Assembly (NCBI RefSeq): GCF_006345805.1
Contig: NW_021833225.1
Location: 28,081-92,080 of the forward strand
Reading direction: 5' to 3'
Length of the DNA stretch: 64,000 nt
DNA from: Octopus sinensis
Lineage: Eukaryota
Made by a program: the position numbers and the translations under genes. Of this stretch, positions 40,760 through 53,700 are shown piece after piece; the stretch's first letter is position 1, and each line of letters begins with the position of its first letter. The notes beneath the pieces are model-generated. The model made no database searches. It saw only the letters and a list, made by a program, of their open reading frames with translations, and had not been told where the DNA came from.

Positions 40760-40975
40760 TATTTCTGCCAAGTAATAGGTCTCAAGTAGTAGTTACTCAG
40801 TTTCCATGGTAAATAAGTGACCAAGATCACAAGATACCCCTTGAATGGATTGGCAATCAATCACAGGGTTATATATTTACAGCTAAGTGGACAGGTGCAA
40901 CATGAAATGAAGTGTTTTGCACAAGATACAACACACCACCTGGTTCAGGAATCAAAAACATGATCTTCTGATACA
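40760..40975 (-). mobile_element. Decayed tRNA-derived SINE
   Basis: cagctaagtggacaggtgcaacatgaaatgaagtgttttgcacaagatacaac, followed by a reverse-complement B-box-like region. Confidence 0.55.
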
Positions 40976-42559
40976 TATATATATATATATGCACATATAG
41001 ACACATCCATACATATGCACACATATCTATCTTGCTCTCTCTCTCTTTGTCTGTCTGTGTAACTGCATGCATTTGTACATCTTACAGCTAATTTTCACCA
41101 AATTTCATACATAGGTTTCTGAAGTTCTATTATGCATCATAGGCTATTTTATTTTTCTGTACCTCGATTGTACCCCACCCCCAGGTGCAGATAACCTCCT
41201 TAAGCCTCTCTTGGAGTCAGCAGTACTACAGCATAAAGGCCCCATAATTCCTGCAGTTTGCCTCCCATCTTCACCAAAATTAATCTTTTGTTTGCTTATG
41301 GCCTACAAATAAAGTTGCAAGCATGCACTTGCACAGAAATCCAGGTAGAGGACCCCTTGGTGAGTAGTAAACCGATTTTGATGAATGTTGAAGTTGATAT
41401 TATCAATACAACAAAACTGGTTGAGTTGGAGTTTGGTTTTCACAAAACAAGACATATTGATTACCCATGGCTCACAGAGGAAGGTGAACATACGAACCTT
41501 TACTTGAACTTATCAAGGGGACTTCTGGAGGGGTAGTAAGCCCCTTTGACTTACCTGCTGAAGTTCACATTAACACTGTATTAGTACCTGATAACTTTTG
41601 AAGTTTACATTCAATTTTAACTTTAGGGGACACATTGGTTACCCATTGCCTAAAGATGGTGTTGAAGATGCTGTCTATACCTGGAACAAGCAAGGGGACT
41701 CCCAGGGGGCATAAGTCCTGGCAAGTCATTTACTGAATTTGGCTCTTGTAATACAACAAAGAGTTATAGCTTTGATAATTGGTAATTTCATAAAATGAAT
41801 TTTGACTCAGTTGTTATTCATTTACTACAGATGAAGATACAGAGAGGCACATTTACTTCCATTTCAATTCAGCAACACGATCCCCTTGGGAACAATGAAC
41901 CTAAATCATTAACCCATAAAAGTTCAAAGTGCCACAATAAAATAGCATCAGAACCTCAGGAGTTTATCATGGTTCTTGCCAATCATAAGATAAAGTATTG
42001 CAAATTCGTTATCACTTGAATTCTGCAAGGGAACCCCCTAGGGAGGGCAGTGAGCCCCTTTGGACCACTTTTAGAGTTCATATATGATTGCAGCAAAGCA
42101 TTTTAACTTCTGGAAATAACAGTCAATTTAAACATAAGTCGATGCATCTATTACTCATGTCTTACAAATGGAGTAGTGAATTTATAAGTCCCATTGACTA
42201 AACTTTAGTTTACTTAGTTAACTTTAGGATGGTTGAATTTAATTTTGCACTTGGTTGTCTCCCATGTGTAATTGCCCCACAATTAAGTGTGGAATGGAGA
42301 GTTAAATTTTTTTCCTTGAACTTTGGCATCATTTCATACTCCTAACCAAGAAAGTGTGATTTAACCCAGGTGTAAATTTTAATGTCTACTATATGTAAAT
42401 TGTGCTATTTCACAATTATGCCTAAACTGTGCAAATAATTGATTAGTTTTTACACACAGTTGCCTCCCCCATTTAATTGTACCCTAATTAAGTGGGAAAT
42501 GGTGACCTCTGGCCAACCACACATCAGTGAGTTGTGTTCAGCAGATTTCATCACACTTA

Positions 42560-45500
42560 TTTGTATTACCTAACCAATCAGACACCTTGAGTGTTGTTCA
42601 TTAAGCGAAATCACTTCTATTTATCTTGGTCAAGTCCAACCTAGGATCATACTTCATTTTTGGCTTTTGACAAGTGGTAGGTTTTTTTACTTGTGTACTC
42701 TCATAAGCTACCCCATGTTTCTGAAATGTATGCTTTTTCAACATTTTTCACTTTAAATGAGGTTTATTTAATGTGTTTATGGTCATAAGTTTCCAGTTTA
42801 TCATACTGTGATTTTTTGGACATTTTTGCCTCTGTCCTTTCAATAGTTAAAATTTACTTATTGCTATTGTATGAACGGAAAAAAAATATATTGATTCCGT
42901 CTTTTAAAAGAAAAAAGAAAGGAAAAAGAAGAAAAAACGATGTCTATTAAAAGAAATAAAAATAAAAATTGAACAGTCCATGTTGTCAGGTGGAGAAAGA
43001 GAAAAAAAGCCTTTAAAAAGAGAGAGCAGACAGTAGACAAGAAGGACAGCCATGGAGTTAGGTCAGTGGCCTTTAACTATGACCCCTCCTACAACTATGC
43101 CAGCCATGGAAATATTCAAATTGGGGAAATGACCTCTACTTGCCAGATATGTTGTGCAAAAAGTGGCCAGAGGAAAGAGATGGAATGTGTTGCTCAAATG
43201 GTGAAATTAAACTACCTCCTGTTCACAACCCTCCAGAGACATTGCAACTCTTTTTGATAGACATGACAGAGAAATCATTGAAGTTTCTGTGTGATATCTG
43301 CTACTACAATTCTACCTTTCAGATGAAATTCTTTGGAGCATAGCTTAAATCGGAATATGGGTCATGCCGACTTTTAAAGTCCAGGAACAGATCTACCACT
43401 TGATTGGGTCTATTCAGCCTATGGTAGAAAAGAATCTTCAATTTCTAAACTTAGACTTCATTGGAAACTATCAGGAGCAGGCAGAGAGGTAAAACTCTAT
43501 TTCATCCAAAACTAACATTGTTACTATAATAAAACTTCAAGAAATTTTTCATGACAAAAACAGCTATGCTTGCAGCTTTAAGTACACTTTGGAAACAGCC
43601 ACCAACCCAGACTTTAATGTGGTCATACATGCTGACCAAAGGCCATCTGGAGAACATGCTGGTCGGTTCGTCACACCAACTTGTAATGAGATTGCTGCAG
43701 TTATTTGTAGTGAACAGCACAACAAAAGAGATATTCTAAAGCACCGAAACAGCACATTACAGCATATGAATGAGACACACAGGTCCCACAATGACCGCCA
43801 GTATCCTTTTCTATTTGTCAACGGTGAGGATGGATACGATTTCGGCATTCTTCAACATTCAGCAGGCAATGGTGAGGCACATCTTAGAAAAACTGTCGCT
43901 TGCATGGATTTCTACGCTTTCCGATTTATGGTAAAAGACAATTCATTCATCCATCTACACCGATCTCATGACCTTTTCCAACAATTTGCTGTTGACATGG
44001 CTGTTAAAATGGAGTCTGAGAGATAATGGTTCGTTAAATTAAATCAAAAGAAAAACTTCAATCTGAATGCTACATTCATCTACATGATGGAATTAACAAC
44101 GACGTATCCCCAGACAATTTAGGACAAGTGTGTATTTTGCCTTCAACATTCACAGGGAGACCTGATACATGCATGAGAGGAATCAGGACACCATGACTTA
44201 CATACATTATGGGTGGCCTAACCTTTTCATGACATTTACATGTGGAAGGAGATTACAAACAAACCGTTCCACAGTCAAGCGCCAAGACACAGGCATGATT
44301 GCATAGCAAGAGTGTTTTGCCTCACATTATCCAAATTAATCGATTTATTAAAGAAAGGACAGGCTTTTGGGCCTCTCAGGTGTGACATGTACACAGTCGA
44401 ATGGCAGAAACAAAGGCTCCCGTATGCCCATATCTTGATTTGGTTGGTTACAAAAATCAGTTCAAACTACATCGACAAATTCATTTCTGCGGAACTACTT
44501 GAGCCATCGATTGAAAATGACCTCTTCTCTATAGTTACATCAAACATGGTCCATACTCCTTGCGGACATGGACTCAGTATGAAGTCCTCATGCATACACA
44601 ACAAAAAGTGTACAAAACCATATCCCAGGCAGTTTTTACAGGAAACAGACTGGCGTTGATGGATATCCTTTGCATAGGTGGAGGAGACCTGAAGACAGCT
44701 GTGGCAAGCCAATAAAGCAGCGAGCTGGCAGAAACGTTAGCACACCGGGTGAAATGCTTAACAGTATTTCGTCTGCCGTTACGTTCTGAGTTCAAATTCC
44801 ACCATGGTTGACTTTGCCTTTCATCCTGGGGTCAATGTAATCGACTTAATTACCTTTGTCTGTCTATGTTTAGCCCCTTGTGGGCAATAATGAAATAGGA
44901 AACATCGCATTGGCTGTGGCTTCTTTCGGCATTACAGCAACTTTGCTGCCTGGTGGCAGGACGGATCATTCTGCCTTCAGTCTTTCTCTGAATGTGGCAT
45001 CCACTGAGACACCCATGTGCAATATCAACTAATCTTTTGGAAAAGCACTAGTGTTAAACTGCTGCCTACAAATTGTTTGGGACAAATGCACAATGGCTCA
45101 CAAGGCAGCTTTCAAGGCATTAGACTGGTCATTCAGAGACATCAGGGACTGTCAAGAACCAATGGGAGGTGTCATGTTTCTGTTATCTGGAGACTTCAGA
45201 CAGACTCTGCCTGTAATCCCAAAAGGCAAGCGGGCTGATAAGGTTGCTGCATGCCTTAAGGCCTCCCAACTTTGGCATTATATAAGAAAGCTGACACTTT
45301 CAACAAACATGAAGGCACAACTGCAAGGTGATGAGACATCAGCAGGTTTTATTGCTGCCAATTTGTTGTTGGGTGGTGGAAAAGTCCCACTCGATGGAGA
45401 TGGTGCAGTGGACCTCACTGGGATTTACAGATGCAGTAAGTCAATTGTTGAGTTATGGACATCTGTTTTTCCTAAACTTGAGAAGAACTGCACAAATCAA

Positions 45501-46746
45501 GAGTGGTTGTGTGTACGTGCAGTATTGACTTCAGAAAACTACATAGTTGGAAGTATCATGCTGTGCTTGACTGGAAACCTTGATTCTATTGCTGATTCGG
45601 ACGAAGTTGTTAATTACCCAACAAAATTTCTTAATTCCCTAGGCCTCCCGGATTGCCTCCACACTTATTGCAACTTAAGAAAGAAGTCCCTGTAATGCTC
45701 TTCAGGAATTTGTAACCCCTCAGACTTTGCAACGGCATGTGTCTGGTCGTCCATAAGGCGATGCCTCATGCTATTGTGGCAACAATACTTATAGGATGTG
45801 GTAAGGTGGATACCGTCTTCATACCAAGGATACCTCTCATTCCCTCCAGTAAAGACATTCCTTTTACATTCAGAAGGCTGCAATTCCCTCTCTGGCTCAG
45901 TTTTGCCATGTCAATTAACAAATCACAGGGTCAGATGCTGATGGTCATAGGGCTTACTTTAGAAGAACCGTGCTCCTCCCACGGTCAACTATATGTTGGC
46001 TGCTCTCAAGTGGGGAGCCGGCATAACCTATTTGCTTTTGCAACTTGCGAGAAAACCCAAAATTTAGTCAATAAGGAAGTTTTGTAGGCACCCTATCCAC
46101 CAACGAGTATTCGCTGTTTTTTTGTATAAGTGTATCCGTGTGCTATATTTGTCCTTTTGACAATATTATGTATGCCTCTGAGGTTGGTCTTGCTATATGT
46201 TATAAATGTTGAATGTCTCTGTTTTCTACATTTATATGTTGCTATCACAATTTGCTATTGATGTTCCATGGTTTTAACTTAATTAATCTACTTTTCCCTA
46301 AATCTTATTTACACATTTTTTAACATTCCAGCGTGATCTTGCCAAGGCCGTTTTTGTGGCCACCAACTTTTACATGCTTTTCTAGGTTACAACCTTAAAT
46401 AATAAGCAAAGCAAATATGACACACCAAAGTGGTGTGGAGGACTTCTTAAGGGCCACCACCTCTAATTGGAGTCGTCTTTGCTGACAGCTCCGCCACTGG
46501 GACTTTTAAGAGTGAACGACCCAAGGCCCTCTTCAGGCCCACAAAGTTTAAATTGTTACTATCGTATTCATCTTTGCTGGCAGCACCACCACAGAGATAT
46601 TTCAGCGTGAATATTCAGAGGCCCTCATTATGGTCAACACTTGTAAATTATTACTTCTATAGTTGTATTTGATGGAAGTCTTTCGGTTCATTTGAACAAC
46701 TACTCCATTGAGAGTTATGCTGGGCAACGCCGGGTACCTCTTCTAG
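42560..46746 (+). mobile_element. Decayed autonomous-type Helitron (RepHel pseudogene), left boundary uncertain
   Basis: GMCCSNGEIKLP (ORF 43140), Rep motif VEWQKQRLPYAHILIW (ORF 44240), and PIF1 motifs ATLLPGGR, SGDFRQTLPV and FAMSINKSQGQ. 3' hairpin ctgggcaacgccggg + CTAG|T at 46743-46747. Confidence 0.92.
44714..44902 (+). mobile_element. tRNA-derived SINE inside the Helitron
   Basis: gagctggcagaaacgttagc...gttctgagttcaaattcc head and A-rich tail. A related fragment lies at ~62690-62800. Confidence 0.75.
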
Positions 46747-47079
46747 TTCTTATAATAAGACAGTAGCTTAACTTGCCTAAAAAGAGAGGCAGAAGTTATA
46801 AGGAGGTGAAGTTTGTTTTAAATGAAGTAATGTTTAAGAAAAATATTTGAATGATGATAGAGAACTATAAAAAAAGTAAATACAATAAATTCATTGGAAG
46901 TTGAAGTGGATATTGATGACTTTGTAATGTTGGCTTCAATACTAATTGTTCCCAGCATCAGTAATGTCCCTACTAATATTCCCAAACAGAAACAAGACCA
47001 TATTCACTTTCATCAGCAGGAATCTTCATATAGCAATGAAAAGCATTCACAGTGAGTGGCAAATTGTATATTTTTGATG

Positions 47080-47900
47080 TTTTTGTAGCCTACTCAACCA
47101 TGGTTTGAATTTTTTAATAAATGAATTTTCTTTACTTATTTGTGCTTGTTTTGTGGTATCACCTGCACAGTGCTGAAGTGGAAAGACTAGCGATTTGAGG
47201 GATCTCGTTGTTGCATGTATGTCCAACTGTTCACTGTTTGAGATGTATCTAGTCCTGGGATCTGAAATTTCTATTATTAAACTTAGTGTATCATTGATCT
47301 CATTTTCAGTCAGTTTGGTCTTTCCAATGTAAACTTCACTGCATATATTACATTTGATGACATGTGTTAAATTATTTGATGAACAAATGAAGTTGTTTTC
47401 ACAATAAAAAGATATGCTGATTTAAATTTGTTATGTATCTTCAGTAAGTTTAGTACAAATTATGAATTTAGAACCACACTTTTCAACTGTTTATAGGAAG
47501 TAATTTTGAACTGGTAAACAGTTTTTTGCCTTTTTTGTGGGGGAATTTGGTTGTCTTTTGCTATTAATTTTTATGATTCATGTGTCATTTGCATTCTTGG
47601 GTCTTGGCTCAATAATGGTACGTTCTGATAGGTAGCACTAAATGTCTCAGTGTTTCTTGTGGTGTGTGTTGTAATAATTGTAATAAAAGGTAGAATTTTG
47701 GATGTATCTGAACTGTTTTTAGCCTTTCATAATTCTTCAATGTCTATTACTTTGGCATGTTCTACTCTATTCTCTGTTATCTTAGTCTTTCAATTAATGC
47801 CTGTTTTAATTCTTGGACCTTTTTATTCTGCATTTCAAGATTGGAAACAATAGAATGAAGTTGTAGCAAAGTTAAATGGTATATTTGGTTTGATATGTTT
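47080..47900 (-). mobile_element. Decayed Penelope/Poseidon-type PLE fragment (GIY-YIG endonuclease)
   Basis: Minus-strand translation of 47311-47400 gives NNFICSSNNLTHVIKCNICSEVYIGKTK; a downstream KENSFIKKFKPWL motif lies near 47100. Confidence 0.7.
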
Positions 47901-48163
47901 TTGGTGGCATAAGGTAACAAGTAGGTACTATAAGCTGCTTTCTCAGTTTTTTCATGTTTCTTCAGTTTTCAATTTTTTTAGTTTGATATGATATGTGGTT
48001 TGCACCTGAAGAATATGTTTGAATATTTCTCAACATATGAAACTATTACTAGCACTTAAATACATGTATTGTGCTCTTTACATAAATAATATTTATCTCT
48101 CACCAAATGGAGTACTTTTAGTGTTGCATTTTCTATCGTTATATATAATATGGGACAGTACAT

Positions 48164-48259
<96 letters not shown>

Positions 48260-48599
48260 GTATATATGTATGTATGCATGTATGTATGTATTTGTATATA
48301 TATGTATCTTAATATATAAAAAAGAGTGTGTGTGTATGTTCCTTATGCATTCAAAAACTGAGCTGCTGATGTTGATGTATGAGGTATCAAAAGATTCAGT
48401 AATATTTCGGTTACCAAATAAAGTATTTTTTGCGCAACAACTCTTCCTTACTACAAAGACAACATTGAAAATGAGGTCGGGTCACACAATTTTGAGGTCT
48501 TTAGCTAAAGGAGGCATCTCTGCCTGAACAATCTATGTTTTAGAGCATAATGAAAAAATGTTTAACATACATAGGCATAAGAGTAGCTATGTGATAGGT

Positions 48600-48980
48600 A
48601 GTTTGTTTACCAACCACATGGTTCTGGGTTCAGTCCCACTGCATGACACCTTGGGCAAGTGTCTTCTAGTATAGCCTCAGGTCGACCAAAACCTTGTGAA
48701 TGGATTTGGTAGATGGAAACTGAAAGAAGCCCATCGTCTATATGTATATATATATATGTGTGTATATATGTTTGTGTGTCTGTGTTTGTCTTCCCAACAT
48801 CGTTTGACAACCGATGCTGATGTGTTTACATCACCGTAACTTAGTGGTACGGCAAAAGAGACTGATAGAATAAGTACTAGGCTTACAAAGAATAAGTCCT
48901 TGGATCGATTTGCTTGACTAAAGGTGGTGCTCCAGCATGGCCACAGTCAACTGACTGAAACAAGTAAAAGAGTAAAAGAG
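48600..48980 (+). mobile_element. tRNA-derived SINE with CORE-like segment
   Basis: ggttctgggttcagtccc B-box-like head, accttgggcaagt core, (agagtaaa)n tail. A partial copy lies at ~49720-49860. Confidence 0.8.
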
Positions 48981-50045
48981 ATACATGGAGTTTTACCAGG
49001 GAATGAAACTTTGAAGGTGTACCATCAACTTATTAGTATTATTTAGTATATAACCTTTTAATGTGAAGAATGTTTGTCTATGTTTTGTTTAGCCCAGAGT
49101 TGCCTATGATGTAGCAGACCCATTGCATAGATTTTTTTTTTCTTCCGGAAATATTGTAAATCTGTGACTTACTTTTGATGAAAGGGTGTGTTTTAAGAGA
49201 GATTTGGCTGCTATTTGTAGTAGCTCAAGTTAACACAGACACACCACTGCATGTGTGTATGTGTGTGTTGTGTTGTGGTGAAAAAAGTACTTTTTCTTGG
49301 AATATTTTGCACCCTAATTTTTAAAGAAATCTGGACATCTTTCTGACTGCTAGCCATTCAACTTCAAATTACAATTGTTAATTGTTGGAAGTCAAGTAGA
49401 CTGAGATGTGCATATACTATTATCGTATGGAGTGGAAGTTCAATGTGAAATTTTGGACTCATTATCTTATGGTAATAATCTATTGCCTTAAATTTGAAAC
49501 CATTTAGTCTTAAAACACTATTTTATTGGGTTTAGTCATGATTGGGTATAACCTTTAAAAATTTAATTGATCATACTGACCTCAGTATGTATTTCAATCT
49601 GGCATTTATTTTATAGAACTCTGCTTGATGAACTGCTAATTTTGAGAGATAGTGGGACACAGTACTTGATTTAACAACAAATGTAAACTCACGCACATAC
49701 ACACATATTAGGTGCAAGAATGATTGTGGTTGAGACGTTTGCTTCTCAACCACATGGTTCCACATTCAATCCCTCTTCATGGTACCTTGAGCAAGTGATT
49801 TGTACTATAGCCCAAGGCCAACCATAGACTTATGACTGAATTTGGTTGACGGAAACTGCAGCGTTGTTCATCAGAAAATTATGATAAACATGTTTATAAA
49901 GAAGAGTTTTTTGCTTCATACTCCTCATCTGCTGATTCTGCCCGTAAAAAAAGATACAAATAATAGTGTGGCTGTAGGTCATAACACCTAGACAATGACA
50001 AGGTGCATTGCTAGTATATATATATTTATATATATATATGTATGT

Positions 50046-50396
50046 ATATAAAATACAGTGTACATTTAAACACATTAAGAGTTTTCCATCACAGGAATCC
50101 CTTATGCTAGAAAGAACAGCTAAAGTCCAACCACTAATTAGGGATAAATTCTTGAAGGGAATGAAAAATAAAACATTTATCATCTATTTCCTGGACTTCA
50201 CCTAGCAAATTATTTTATTTGCTAAAATTAGTCAGAAACCATGGTCCAGGAAATAGATGGTAAATGTTTTTATTTTTCATTCCCTTTGAGAATTTATCCC
50301 TAATTAGTGGTTTGGACTTTAGCTGTTCTTTCTAGCGTAAGGAACTGTTATGATGGAAACCTCTTAATGTGTTTAAATGTACACTGTATTTTATAT
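50046..50396. mobile_element. Foldback/MITE-like palindrome
   Basis: Arms 50046-50196 and 50244-50396 are >90% complementary by eye, with a 47-bp spacer. Confidence 0.85.
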
Positions 50397-50701
50397 GAAT
50401 AATATATAGTCTATTGACTAATTTTTCTATATGCTAGGCCACTGGTAGTAAAAATTTCTAAAACCTATATTGCCCTGATATTATTAATTATATATATATA
50501 TATATTTATAATACAAATGGAGAAACAATTTAGTTGGTTCATCAGCTTTCAGATATTAGAATGTTGACTTATTTATTCATTTAACAAAAATGAGAACCTT
50601 AATAGCATACATATATACATTATAATTCAATACATATAAGATAAGAATACAATTATAAAAATCATAATATAAATTAGAACAAATATAGTAGAACAAATAT
50701 A

Positions 50702-53700
50702 GTATTATTGGACACTCAGGAAGGAAGGAAAGAAGGAGGGTTTAACGTTTCGAGTGGAGCTCTTCGTCAGAAACATAGGAAAAAGAAAGATCCAAAGAAG
50801 GGACGACGGAGGAATAAAAAATCGCCAACGGTACACACGCGGTCACATTTTAAATATATATATATATATATATGCGAGAAAGAAGCAACAAGAATGGATA
50901 GGTTTTTAGTACAATCGTTTCATACAAGGACAGGCTTTATTAAAAGTTGTAAAAATTACAGCATATAAACGTGTCCCGTACTCATCAGCTAAAATACATG
51001 TAAGTTCTCTAGACATCCTAGTGGTTGAAGCTATACTCATGAAGTAATGTAGATAATTAAGTAACATAAACAGATTTCCAAAGTTCATTAAAGTTCTTTA
51101 AAGATGATGTACAGTTTTATCACAGAATTTTAAAAAAGTTCTAATAGCATCACAGAGAAGGTGACCTAATCCATAGAGCACATATGAACTTCCAGAGATA
51201 TGATGAGGGATTACATACTCACAGAAGACAAATTTATCCATTGTTAATCACAACGAGGTGGGTCTCAATTCCTGCTTATTAGCATTACAATGAGGGTGAA
51301 TTAATCCTTTGTATAGATGCACAATTTCCAATGGTGTAGATGTAAGTTTCCAGAGAAATGAAGAGGAATTTCATATTCACAGGCGATAAATTTATCAATG
51401 GTTGAACACAATGAGGTAGGTATCAATTCTTGTTATATGATTAGGTATTTGCCACATTAATCACATTACTGCTATTTACAAGAGGCTGTAGCTATTTAAC
51501 TTTTAAAGGCTGAAGGGCTTTCTAGAGAGGCCAAGAATAGAAAGGGAAGGGAATAGAAGAAAAGAGAGAAAATAAAGGAGGAGGGAGCAAAAAAAGGGGG
51601 GGGGGAAAGGGGACTAAAAGAGAAGAGAAAAGGAAAAAGAGAATAAGAAGAAGAAAACAGAAAAAAAAAAAGAGAAAGAAATAGGGAAAGAAGGGAAAAA
51701 ATAAATAAAAATAAAAATAAAAAAGAGGGTTCTAGTTATACAGACGAATTAGTAGACGGCAAGTCTGGTTTTAATTTACAGGCATCTAGGAACTAGAGGA
51801 GAATATTATTCTTTGGCCAGTAAAACAGCTAATTTATTGCTGTTGAAATCAGCAATGATTTTAAGAGAATCTAAAGAGATAACACAGTCAGGGGTTTAGG
51901 GGTCAGATGCTAAAATCAAAAGAAAATACATTAGGAAAATCTAAGTATAATCTTATCAAAAAGTCAATAAAATTTACTTATTTAATTTATTCATTTTATT
52001 GTCTTAGGAGTTGCCGTTATTATTCATACATTGACGGACTACAGGTCAAATCTTAGAAGGTCATTTACAAGGTGTTAGGGGATTGTCTATCATAATGAAG
52101 ATAATCATATTATCACCGAGGGGGTAGCCTTATTTATTTAATTTTGAAATAGAATTATGGGGCTATAGTATCTCATTTATTTTATTAGAGTTATGCTACT
52201 TAAATTAGATTAAGTTAGGAATTAAAATTAAAAATTACAATTAAGATTTAAAATTAAGAATTTAAAAATTATGAGTTTGAAATTAAATAAAGCCTCAATT
52301 AAGCAGCGTATAAGTACTATTCATTTCCCTGTTCTCAAAAACTGATGCAGATATAAGGAAAAAGATAACTGTAGTGTGAGAACTCTTAGTTATCTACTTA
52401 AAGCAGTGCTATACTAGTAGAAATCAAGTTATATCTATCTATCTAGTTACGGCTATTCTAATCATTTAAAATATTTTAAAGTCTTCAATTTAGCGTGGAC
52501 ACAAACTTGACCTAGTTCGATATGATTATTCAATAAGTTTCTCTATGTTTTCTATGCTTTAGAATTTCATACGTCTCCATGGAGCATAGTTGGCAACCAA
52601 CCCTACTATTTTATACGGAATTGCTCTCCTAACTATTTCCAATTAAGGTTATAATTTTTATTATTATTTTTGAGTTCCCAGATTTTGTTTGAAAGTGTGG
52701 TGGTACCAGCTTTATGACGTAATTTAAAAGACGAGATGTGATTTCTAACTCTGGCTAGAAAATTAATTGTACATCCAACGTACATCCAACGTAAAGATAT
52801 TTGTTATTCTCCGTGGATATGGTACATTTATAGATTACATTATTTTCCCCACATAGACCAGGTGCCGGGCATTTTGATTTTATTCTACACTTACACACAG
52901 GAGGAGCAACTTCAGGCTTTGGATTATTCTTGGGTAGATTTCTTAGGTTCCTATATTTCCTATATTTCATTAAGAATTTCAAAATTATCATCCAATAAGG
53001 ATATATTTAACTCCCATTCTGAGCATTATAATGAGGCGTTAACTAAGGCTGGATACAACCAAAAGATTACATTCGTTGATAAGGGAACTCACGTATTCCT
53101 AATAATGAAGTTATCAGTAATCACATAAGCAGCAATACAGACCAAGCCCGAAATAAAAGTAGAATTAAATTAATGGTAAACGCTAATCTAGCGTACAGGC
53201 CCAACAATTCAAATAGAAGCATTGACCAGAACATAGGTAACTCGGATAATATTGAAGTAGATAAACCTAAGATGCACACAAATAAAAATAAAAATAATGG
53301 TAATAAATACAATAACTCCGGTGAGATGAATGAGATGTAGTAGTAATTCTACGAACCCTAAATTTAATAAAAAAGATATATTATGGCTGAATATCCCTTT
53401 CAACTGTGCGATACAATCGGATATACAGAACAAATTCAAAGTAATTCTGGAAAAAAATTTCCCTATCTCTCATAGATATCATAGAATTATATCTAGGAAA
53501 ACAGTTAGGATTTCTTATTAACCCTCCCAAATATGTCCACTTAATAGCTAAGATTAATAATAAAAACATTAAACTAGCCAGGAAAGATAGAAATAAAAAT
53601 AATAATATCAGCATGAATACCAATAGCAATTATAATAATACTACCAACAATAAAAACAACAATAGTAACTATCAAAACATAGGTGAAATTAGTAACCACA

